Program-made: the position numbers and the translations under genes | Notes under the pieces: generated by a model | Told to the model about the DNA's origin: nothing | The model's input: the letters and a program-made list of their open reading frames with translations, nothing else | The model's database searches: none | Source: Phoronis australis | Lineage: Eukaryota > Animalia > Phoronida | Direction of reading: 5' to 3' | Assembly (NCBI GenBank): GCA_002633005.1 | Contig: NMRA01000317.1 | Coordinates: forward strand, 78,849-142,848 | Length of the DNA: 64,000 nt | Part shown: piece after piece, positions 38,436 through 49,422 of the stretch | How positions within the stretch are numbered: position 1 is the first letter of the stretch | Layout: each line of letters opens with the position of its first letter

Positions 38436-41400
38436 GACAATGAGAAAATTCTGACTGCATTACGAGTTGCATCAAACCCAGAAGACAAACGTACCAAAAT
38501 ATTACACAGGACTTTCAATTTATGTGTTTGTATATTACACACCCGGAAATGTTAATCCCAGTTTCTGGCTTCCAGGGAGTCATCTACGAATGCAAACCTT
38601 TGTCACAAAAAGCCAAAAGTTATTCGCAGGGATTAATCATAATGAAATCAAAATGTACAAGTGTATTAATATAGTACAAACAATAAGAATTTGAGGTCCT
38701 CTAACTATCAGTCGCTTGTGTTTCCAACTACGCTGTGTATACGCAATACAATATACAGTAGACCAGGACAGCAGGACATGCTGCCGTGAGGGAAGACCGG
38801 GATCTGATGTTGCCAACAAATGCACTTTGAAAAAAAACAAAGTCAAGAAACTCAACTCTTAAATGTACGTTTTAGAGTGACCTTAACCCGCATCCTTTTG
38901 AGTTTGTGAATAATTTGCACAAAATTAACATCAGAGTATGAACAATTTCAGAATTATTAGGCTTTTAGATAACCATGGCAGAACACTCCAGTTGATCTCT
39001 TCGTATATTTCAGATATTTTTTCACATATTTCACCCTGAGTAAACAAACAGACACTGACATCAGATCCCCAAATATCAGCAACTTGGGAAGGTAAACATG
39101 GTAACACATAGTCCCAATCTGTTTTGGCAAAACTAGAACTTCACCATGGACTAACTCCATACAATATTGTTCATTTTTTGAAAATCGGACTCTAAGCACG
39201 AGTCACAAGATGCAATGCTGAACAGGGACGAGACAAAAATCGCACCGTTCCGCGCAATGCACCTATTCGTGTTGCCCATGCATACCAACCCAAGCTCGAC
39301 GGCAGAAATGCACAGAAAACACAATGGTTCAAGACGGTACAGCAAATACTACAGACTCCATTAAATAAACCACGCTGTCGTCTACATTTGGCGGCACCAT
39401 TAACCATTTAATGTCCAGTACTTAATACTGCTTCCAACTACACACAAATAATCCCTGAGCATAAAAATGGTTAAGCAGCACCGTCACACAAACAAATACC
39501 CGTATAATTAAAAGCTACTCAAGCCTTTATAACAGTACACACAGGTTGAACACAAGGGATATACTGCTCACTGGAATTTTCATGGTTTACAGTTAAAAAT
39601 TTCCCTGTCTTGCTTCTATGGTAAAATCTCATAAATTCATACATTTTTTCAATTTCAAATCCTTGCCACATTCGTGAAAATGTTTACAATTCTTAAAATA
39701 TTGTACTATTGCTATGGCAGAGAACTTGAACTCTTACAAAGTACTCACACCACGCAACTCCTAAAACGAGAAAATAACCTCTCAGTAGTCCATCACTGTG
39801 GTCTAAATTAATGAGATTTTACCCCAGTAGTTGAGGTAGCCATCAGAAAACCAGTAATCAAAATAATCATAACAGAAACATTTTTAAGACATGCTTGAAG
39901 CCTCATATGGAGATAAATAGGCCAAATCAGGCTAAAATCACCAACGTTTAACCAGCATAAAACGAATTTACACAGCAAATCTAACCTCAGAAACAACTAA
40001 CGAACTGCACTGTGTCCCTTGAGGAATTGTGTAAAACTGGGAACAATAACTCGACCAGTCAAAGAAGCTGTAAAACGTATCCGGCTAATGGTATGGGCCT
40101 GTAGGTGGCATCACAATGAAACAAATAAACAGTATATCCCTCAGACAGCCTGTAGCTCCAAGTAATTTACCAAGGACAATTGATAACAGCGGTACAGAAA
40201 CACCGGATTAAACAACAGCACAGATACAAGACTCCTCGCAGTCAGCCGCATGCAACCAAACAGCCCTGCAAACTTTGGAGCTGCTCTAAGTTAAATGCTT
40301 TAAAGATACACAACAATATATAATTAATATAATCTTTGTCACAAACATGACCTCCCTGACCCAACTCGACATTCATACATATGTACAAGTCACAGACAAG
40401 AGCATGCTGTGTCAGAGAGTGTACAATATAGACCCTATAACAATTAGAACATAACACCTAGATATTCTCTACAAATACAACAATTGTGTAATGTAAATCA
40501 CTGACCATCTCATTTTGTGCACAAAATCTCTTTCTAAACTTCGTGAAGTTACATTCCTGAACAGATCAGTTACAGCACAAGCAATATTACACTGGCGTGG
40601 TAGAATGAAGCACAGTACATTTTAAGTCCTACATAAGACCTACTATATTATTCTGACTCAGGTGTGACGCACACCAATTTACAGACAGAATGTCCAGGGT
40701 AAAAACAGCATATACGACCCATGTATATGTCACTCTAGGACCCCAACATAGTGCTAACTATGACCCCCGTACATGTCAATCTAGGACCTCCACACTTCTT
40801 CCAACTACAATGTCATCTGAAATGAGTCACAGTTAGGCTTCAATTAATTGAGTCGTATGATTGGTCACTACACAGCCATACTGGCGTCGGGAGTTACCAG
40901 TGGTACCGAAGACATATCCGTTGAAACACTTATCAAGCGAACGAACTTCCACACCAACTTAACTCTGGAACTAGAGGAGCATCAAAGTTAACTGTGAAGT
41001 TAGTTGAACCTTCACACTGCCTTCAGAAAATAACCGAAACCAAATATCAAGTAATACTACAAGACGCCGTTGAGAGCAACACCTGACAATAACTCTGACG
41101 ACGCAGGTGTTAACCCTTCATACCCCATTTATGAGTTGACGCTCCAGTGTTAAATCTACAAATCAGAGTGGTTTTATTTCGAAGGACACCTAAATCCAGT
41201 ATTGGCACCTCTAAACACAAATTTCATGAGGTAGAAATCGAATAATTGTAGCAGCATTAACCTTCTAATGGCTGCGTAACACTATGCCATGGCATAACTA
41301 ATGCTATCACCAATCAAACCAGGTGTGCATTCCATAGACGCGAGAACCACACGAAAATGCAAGACTTCACTAGATGTCGCCGTGTACAACACGGGAAACA

Positions 41401-41545
41401 CACAATCACACCAGCTTTCTCAGCCAGATTCTCACATCTGTGAAACTACCTAGGTTGTAGTTTTCTAATATGCACCAGTTCATTTTTGACAACAGATTAA
41501 GTCCCGGGGGGGTTACCCATTCTAAAGTCAATCTTTCATCCAACT

Positions 41546-41767
41546 TCAATTGTGGTCGTGTCCGGAAGTCATGTCTACCGGGGCCACCTGGTCCTTGCTT
41601 CTCTGTTTGATCTGCGCCAGGGCCTTCTGGCGGGGAGACATCACCCCCGTCACTGGAAGAAGAGGGTCCCCAACCGTTGTGCTGAGTCGGTCCAACTCTG
41701 CTTTGAGGTCCGATATTTCAAGGCGCATTCGCACATTGTCCTGCTGGTATTCCTCCAGCATGTGATT
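41546..41767 (-). CDS. SKI: SKI/SnoN-like terminal coding exon (NHMLEEYQQDNVRMRLEISDLKAELDRL...GHDHN*), coiled coil
   Basis: Minus-strand cgtttcag acceptor (41770-41768), TGA at 41548-41546. 222 nt, phase 0, heptad-like pattern. Acceptor position is less certain because it lies in a minisatellite. Confidence 0.75.
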   Translation of the reverse strand, partial: NHMLEEYQQDNVRMRLEISDLKAELDRLSTTVGDPLLPVTGVMSPRQKALAQIKQRSKDQVAPVDMTSGHDHN

Positions 41768-41771
41768 CTGA

Positions 41772-42093
41772 AACGAGGACCAACATGTGAATGAACTACA
41801 GCCACTAAGCTCCTCTGAACGAGGACCAACATGTGCATGAACTACAGCCGCTAAGCTCCTCTCAACGAGGACCAACATGCGCATGAACTACAGCCACTAA
41901 GCTCCTCTGAACGAAGACCAACATGTGCATGAACTACAGCCACTAAGCTCCTCTGAACGAGGACCAACATGTGCATGAACTACAGCCACTAAGCTCCTCT
42001 AAACGAAGACCAACATGTGCATGAACTACAGCCACTAAGCTCCTCTGAACGAGGACCAACATGTGCATGAACTACAGCCACTAAGCTCCTCTG
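41772..42093. repeat. 46-bp minisatellite, 7 near-identical copies, abutting the SKI last-exon acceptor
   Basis: Unit aacgaggaccaacatgtgcatgaactacagccactaagctcctctg starting at 41772, 41818, 41864, 41910, 41956, 42002 and 42048. Confidence 0.95.
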
Positions 42094-42698
42094 AGGTCTT
42101 ACTGAAACAATATGGTTCAACTGCAGACACTCTACAGTATACAAATTTAGCAATAAATTAACCCCAGCATAAGTGTGATCATTCCAAACTCCAAATAATG
42201 ACAAACGAGGGTACACCTAACCCTAATCAGGTATAGCTTGAAATTGCAGATCTCAACAGCATATTCTTGAAGTAAAATCTAAGTCCTGGATTAAAGCACC
42301 AATGAGAAAGGACTAAGTAAGGAGGCTAATAAGAGATTGTTGCAGCCAGTCTTCGGATTTCTGATGAGGGTAACTACTGCCTGGCCAGGACAGATGGCCT
42401 TTATAACCTCAAATAAAAAAATGCTGCCAGTAGTCATAAGACTCTGACTGGGCGTTATCAGTTCAACAAAAGTGGGTTAGAATCAACCAATACCAATATA
42501 CATAATGCAAGATAAAGTGTTGTTAAGGTGCCTTAAAAACAACAGGGTACTTTAAAATGGTAGAGTTGAACTAATATCAACACAGATTTGTAAAGGACAT
42601 CTAGCCTTGTGACTACTGAGTGCCTGGGAATAATTAAAGTGACCAAAGACCAACTCATTAATCAGCAGCTCTTTGCAGGAAGCATTGAGGATCAGTCA

Positions 42699-43318
42699 TA
42701 AAACCACCAGCACAAAGTAATGCATCTAATGTGACAACAATAAAGCATATTTGCCGACTTCTACTGTATTTTTGAACTTGCAGAGTGTTACACTTGATTG
42801 CATAACCAAATTAAATGTTAATATCTATGATCTGATTAGACACAGGAATTAAGCAATGCAATATTGATCATTAAGTCTGATTACTCTAGCACTCACAGAT
42901 GAACAGCCCAACATGCTTAAGAGGGTACCAGGCCTTTTGTAGAGAATGTTTTCAGAAAAGGTACCGTTTCACACCGATTTTTTGTCAAAAAAGGCACCTT
43001 CTGTAGGNTAAAACCACCAGCACAAAGTAATGCATCTAATGTGACAACAATAAAGCATATTTGCCGACTTCTACTGTATTTTTGAACTTGCAGAGTGTTA
43101 CACTTGATTGCATAACCAAATTAAATGTTAATATCTATGATCTGATTAGACACAGGAATTAAGCAATGCAATATTGATCATTAAGTCTGATTACTCTAGC
43201 ACTCACAGATGAACAGCCCAACATGCTTAAGAGGGTACCAGGCCTTTTGTAGAGAATGTTTTCAGAAAAGGTACCGTTTCACACCGATTTTTTGTCAAAA
43301 AAAGGCACCTTCTGTAGG
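42699..43318. other. Direct duplication of 309/310 bp around a single N (43008); probable assembly overlap artefact
   Basis: 42699-43007 equals 43009-43318 except for one A in a homopolymer. Confidence 0.85.
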
Positions 43319-43456
43319 GAAACTGGTCGTGAAAGTCATTTTTCTGAGCGCCATGTCCCATATACCTCTTCTACAGATGTATACCCAGCAGGCAACAGCC
43401 ACTCCACTGCGGTAAAGTTTAGAAAACAGTGCAGGTCATGTGCTACTGAATACGTA

Positions 43457-43575
43457 ATGAGACCCCCCCATGTCAGTGAGACCCCCAGTGTCAGTGAGAC
43501 CTCCAGTGTCAGTGAGACCCCCAATGTCAGTGAGATCCCCCATGCCAGTGAGCCCCCAATGTCAGTGAGACCTCT
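43457..43575. repeat. 18-bp minisatellite (gagacccccaNtgtcagt), about 6 copies
   Basis: Visible periodicity. Produces the VSETPS repeats in ORF 43256-43654. Confidence 0.85.
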
Positions 43576-44478
43576 AATTTCGTGGCTTTGCAATCATATG
43601 TCTCCCAGAATGCAACACTCAGAGGAGTGGTCCAATCACATACTTGCTGGCTAGTAATGTCTTAATGTCTCTGGAATGCTAGTAAATTCTGTGATGCTCA
43701 ACTAATGCCAATTATAAACACAGACTTCACCTGTCTACTTCCTCATAAGATGACTTCAGCAATCAAGTTGAACCATTTAGAATACACAACAGACATTCAC
43801 AAGACTTAAATATTTATAAATAAGCAATAACACTAGGCACTGGTCAGAAGCTCAAACAACATTTTCCCCACTGCATAACAGTTGATGAGGGTGTATGCGT
43901 CCTGCAGAAGTTTCTAGCCAAAAGTAAGGGGGAGAAAAGAGAGCTCCCACGAACATACTTGAGACATAACTAGCATAACTTACCAAAATGAGTCACTGAA
44001 GCGATTGGTCAGTGAGGTTGGAAAGTTGAATTATGGGATAGAAATTGTGAATTATGGGATAGAAATCGCTCTTTCCGTAAGCAAAGATTTCTCGCCACAA
44101 ATGCAAGGCTAATTTCTTGGATCTATGGACTGCAGACCAGACCAAGGATGTATGCATGGAAAGACGATTAAGCACAGACCAAACTGACCCCCACAGATAA
44201 GTTTCCCCCGTACAAAATGGACGGCTATGTGCCTGAACTAGGCCAGGAAGTAGACACACACCAATACCACTACTTCAGTTCAAAAATGGACATTTTAAAA
44301 GAAAGACCCGTTTCAAACAAAAACTGACGAAAACCTACCCACAACTACATCAAAATCAAGATAAACCCAACCCATACTAGTGACACAAACGCACCCACAC
44401 CCACACCCAACCACACACCAATCCTTATAGTGTGAGAATAGACTGAGCTAGTGGGCCATATGTCTAGCCAATACTTAC

Positions 44479-44613
44479 ATCAGGCTGATGGTGTGCTGGG
44501 GGAGGACTGGTCAGAGCAGGGCTGCGCTCACCATTCAACCTCATCAGAGCCGTCTTCATACTGGACAGCTCGCGAAACTGGTCTCGATTGGTCAGCCGAA
44601 GGACTTCATTCTC
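44479..44613 (-). CDS. SKI: SKI/SnoN-like exon (ENEVLRLTNRDQFRELSSMKTALMRLNGERSPALTSPPPAHHQPD)
   Basis: Minus tttttgcag acceptor, GAT|gtaagt donor. 135 nt, phase 0 to 0. Continues the coiled coil LQK|ENEVLR. Confidence 0.82.
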
Positions 44614-46371
44614 CTGCAAAAACAGTTCAAATTGTTACTTTCGGTTTGTTAGTCAAAAATTTTCCATATTTAAAAGCACATCTCATATAGCCATCACAAT
44701 TGCATTGTCTCAATAAAATTGAAACCCGAATAGAAGTTCAGCCAGAATTTCAAAAACAGTGCGTATCAAATGGGTTTTCCCAATTTCTCAGGTCATCCAT
44801 GACCAATAACACATGACAGTGTTTTCAAGACATCAAGTCAAATTGCGATTACAATGTTACTGCAGAGACATGGCTCTGCAATAAAGGTTTCCTATCTTAC
44901 ATCAATTCTAAACAAACTTTTTACTGTCAGGCCAATGAATTCCAGTAGCTGCTGCCACAAGTTAAAAGAGACAACAAAGCCTACTTTACTTGGGTGTCCA
45001 AATGCAGAACAGGGCCTCCTAGTTAGATGGTCTAAATTTGAGTCACGGTGTCTATATTAAGTCCTCAACATACTTTACATCAAGACCTAGCAACAACATG
45101 CACATACACTAGATCTACAAATATTAAAGGAGCTCCAAATTCACCAGGTGGCACCACTGAACTACCAGTTCTATCAAAGCAATAGTAAAACTGGGATTCT
45201 GTTCCCAAACTATTCTAATAACACAACAAAAAGAGAACCTAAGCTCCACTATCACCACCTAATAACACCAATCACATCAGTTAAAACAGGAGGGTTTTCT
45301 TAGTTTCACTAAAGCCAGTGTGTTTACTAAACAATCTTTAGATGTGCTTGAGATTAGATTTACACTGGGTGAAATAACCGGCTCTACATTCAATAAGGAG
45401 TGTTGAGGAGGATGGAGACAATGGCTTCCTGAGTGCATGACATATGAAGGTTTTTTATTGCTAAATGAAGGGCAATTCACACAAACCGAATTCAAGCATC
45501 TTCTTTCATGGAGGTAGAAAAAAGGCATTGTATGATTGATCTAGCTTACATCTGAAATGAATAATGCTGTATCATGGCTCATTCCAGTTTCATGATGCCT
45601 GCACATTGTAACTCAGAATGCAGACCCCTCATCCATGAGGATAAAGGTACCTGTGCTTTCTGAGACGGGAATCTTATTGGATGAGGATGTGTTTAACAGG
45701 GATGGAAACTGAAATGGGTTTCAACCGAAAGCAATCAATTAGATAAAGATTTATTCTTTACTTGAGGTACACTTAAGTGTCTTCAAATACCTAATTTCTC
45801 AAGAAATGTGAACAAGAAGAAAAGTTTACTTATTTCTTAGAATTCTCAAAAAGGGGGGGCTATTTTCCACAATTTTGTAACATTTTCGGCAAATACTTTT
45901 ATTCAAATTTGAAAAACTGTGTAATCAAGAGTCCATTAAGAACCCCACCAGCCAGTACCTATTCCAGTTGTCTGGCATAAGTAGTCGGTAACAAGGCTCC
46001 ACTCCAAAGCCAGCCAAACTGAGCATTGTGGTCCCAATTGATAGTCCTATGATGGATAGATCTAACAACTGCCCTCATCAAACACCCATACCTCCTGGCT
46101 TACATTATGCAGGACTCAGCTGAAAACATCTTTCATTACATAAGCTTCACATGATCACCTCACCTGAACTGAGGCAAGGCAACTCAAGCTCAACCCTTTC
46201 AAAATCACCTGGTTAAAACTAATGACCTAGAGCCCACTTCATGAAACTTGTTTTTAATGCAAGCTCAACAACAGGTAGCGCCACAGCAACTACATTCATT
46301 GTCCAACATTGTAATGCCGTGGTGGACTGGTTTTACATCTTGCGTTTTTCCTTGGTCACAATTCACAAATG

Positions 46372-47654
46372 AAACTCGTCTCCACAAAATCAGGTTCCAC
46401 ATTATAGAAATATCTTTGCCATCTTTTGATAATATTATTGTCTACTCTCTATTACACAAACTCAGTTCAGTGAAAAGGACTTGCAGTATAAAAATAGCAC
46501 TTGTAAAGGTAATAGCTAACCTCTTGCAAGTATAACAACTTTCTATTTTGGTCTAGGTATTCAAAAACTTGGTATGCGCACACTTACATAACTTGAATGT
46601 TACATAATCAGACTTCCAACGATGATTTTTCAGTCTGCAGGGAACTTGTCACTCACTGCAACATTTTGCAATCTGGTCGCTTTTTCCAGTATACCAACAT
46701 TATTTTAAAAAAATCAAAATCAAGTCACAGCTGAGGACAAAAAATAGCAAACGATGTGTATCCCCCCCCTTCCCTTCCCCGTTGTCATATAAAGTCCACT
46801 TGTTCTTTTTAGCTCTTGACACACAAAGGTGCAGCACAATGTCATGAACCAGACAGAATAAGTATGTCATGACCCAGACAAATGGGAAGAACATGTTAAT
46901 TCCAACACATAGATCTCCCACAAAAATCACCCAACTCAGCACGGCACTTAAGGGAGTGCCAAGAGGAACAGTGATAAAATGCAGCGGGTAAAAAAAATGG
47001 GAAAACATGCTANAAACTCGTCTCCACAAAATCAGGTTCCACATTATAGAAATATCTTTGCCATCTTTTGATAATATTATTGTCTACTCTCTATTACACA
47101 AACTCAGTTCAGTGAAAAGGACTTGCAGTATAAAAATAGCACTTGTAAAGGTAATAGCTAACCTCTTGCAAGTATAACAACTTTCTATTTTGGTCTAGGT
47201 ATTCAAAAACTTGGTATGCGCACACTTACATAACTTGAATGTTACATAATCAGACTTCCAACGATGATTTTTCAGTCTGCAGGGAACTTGTCACTCACTG
47301 CAACATTTTGCAATCTGGTCGCTTTTTCCAGTATACCAACATTATTTTAAAAAAATCAAAATCAAGTCACAGCTGAGGACAAAAAATAGCAAAGGATGTG
47401 TATCCCCCCCCTTCCCTTCCCCGTTGTCATATAAAGTCCACTTGTTCTTTTTAGCTCTTGACACACAAAGGTGCAGCACAATGTCATGAACCAGACAGAA
47501 TAAGTATGTCATGACCCAGACAAATGGGAAGAACAGGTTAATTCCAACACATAGATCTCCCACAAAAATCACCCCAACTCAGCACGGCACTTAAGGGAGT
47601 GCCAAGAGGAACAGTGATAAAATGCAGCGGGTAAAAAAATGGGAAAACACGCTA
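46372..47654. other. Direct duplication of ~641 bp around a single N (47013); probable unmerged allelic haplotypes
   Basis: 46372-47012 versus 47014-47654 differ by a few SNPs (aaacgat/aaaggat, aacatgtt/aacaggtt, aacatgc/aacacgc) and homopolymer lengths. Confidence 0.85.
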
Positions 47655-49309
47655 TGCTTCATTTCATGACTTACGCTGTGGCTGAATAATAAGATTACAA
47701 GCAAAGCTGATTTCACCCAACTCCATCAAGGGGCTAGACAATGACTGTGTCTAACATGGCGTCACTGACATCACTACCAATCAATAGCACTCAGCCAGAG
47801 ACTGTGGCAGATTGACCAACGTGACTGTAGGCCAAGTGGCATCTACAGAGCACTGGTTCACCCAGCACTGAACAACAATGCACTTGTTGACCTCCGACCA
47901 CAGCCAATCAGTCAACCAGTGGGATCATTGGTAGCAACAACTTGGAGACATCAGGGAACCTACCAGACATACGGTGGGGAGGAGCTGTTAGAACAAAACA
48001 TTGATTTCTGATTTCCTTAAGAGCCACTCAGTATTGTTAAGCTAACGCCAGTAGACGTGGCCTTGATGATGTAAACCTGCCCTGGTTCGGTCCTCAAATG
48101 CTTTTGGTTAGGTTTCAAATAGCAAGAAAGGCCAGTGGTATAAAAGCTAGGACATCATGCACACTTGATTTCCAAAGAAGGTGTTTAAAAGGTGGAATGC
48201 AACAGAACAAACAATTCCTTTCGAAACCTAACACAAAATCTTTAGTTCACTGATACCAGCAATAAAGCATGCTCAAGGAAACTAAATTTAAACTGACCAC
48301 ATTAACCTACAGATGTCTTGAAAACTTAATACACATCACAACCAATAAACAGTGGGATAATTTACTTCAACCCATATAATTCCAAATAACCATCAAAACA
48401 AATGATGTAACTTTGTTCAATTTGGATACCCTCACAAACAAGGTGCTCTAAGCACTATTACCTAACAAACCCCCATTCATACACCATGAATGCCCACATC
48501 AAAACAACTCAGCTATAAGTGCATCCACACCGCCTACTCAGATGCTGGCTCATTATAAAACTTTAGACCAAAACATAGTAAACATTAAGAATGTTAATTT
48601 ACTAAAACTTAATAGGTGTTTACCAATTAAGACTGGCTTCCACGAAACTGACCATTACACAAGCCAGGGACAAAAACATGACATGGTAACCTAGTGACCT
48701 GATGCCAATCAATAGATGGATTACATAACACTACATAATAGTTGAGAAGGGATTCTAGGAACAAGCAGAAAATGTAGTAAACAGATAGTAATTAGTGGGA
48801 TCCACTGTCAAGTTAGAAGGGCTCACATGATGGACAAGCAGGAGGCATTAGAGTAGTATAATAATGAGTGCGCTATTAATCACCTCCAATGAACTGTCGA
48901 CGGTGCTATGAAAGATGAATAACCCTCATGAAACATGAATGAGGCCTTTCTGCTGCTAACAGATTCCTCACTAACTAACTTACACACACCTAAAGCAGTC
49001 AACGAAGGCAATCCTAAGCTGACCAGGGAGAGACTATTTCAACCGATAATTCATCAGACGAGTAGAACAGAATCATACCGTCATTGGTAATAGTCACTTA
49101 CAGCGCCCCGCATTATGAAAACCAGTTTTTAGCAGGCATCAAACTGGTTCTCAAAACTTCGGACCTCTGTGACCGTTGTCATTTCATCAAGTGTTTGAAT
49201 ACAATGTTTACTATAGAAAATTTTCATTGCTTATGAATATGAAATGGAACTCATATGAAACACGGTGACTTATACCCAGCTCAGGACAATACAAACTGAC
49301 CAACAGCAG

Positions 49310-49422
49310 GGTAATAGTTGGATATAGCGTGCCCACGCATTTTAAGAACCAGTTCTCTCCACTGAGTAACAGACATCAAACTGGTTCTCAAAATACGGGC
49401 ACTGTTAAACCAAACTATTGCC
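49310..49422. mobile_element. ~110-bp fold-back MITE (ggtaatagtt...gtgccc...aaccagtt / aactggttc...gggcac...aactattgcc)
   Basis: Long imperfect inverted repeat. Related copies at ~49086-49170 and ~53412-53522. Confidence 0.65.

Noticed and set aside
41772-42093. Regular repeat array resembling a CRISPR
   Set aside because: Units are contiguous with no unique spacers, there are no cas genes, and the context is a eukaryotic intron. It is a minisatellite.
43256-43654. 132-aa ORF with VSETPS repeats
   Set aside because: Produced by an 18-bp minisatellite plus repeat-derived sequence next to an assembly gap.
46700-47572. Duplicated hydrophobic ORFs suggesting a tandem membrane-protein pair
   Set aside because: They lie in the N-flanked duplication and reflect T-rich intronic composition on the minus strand.
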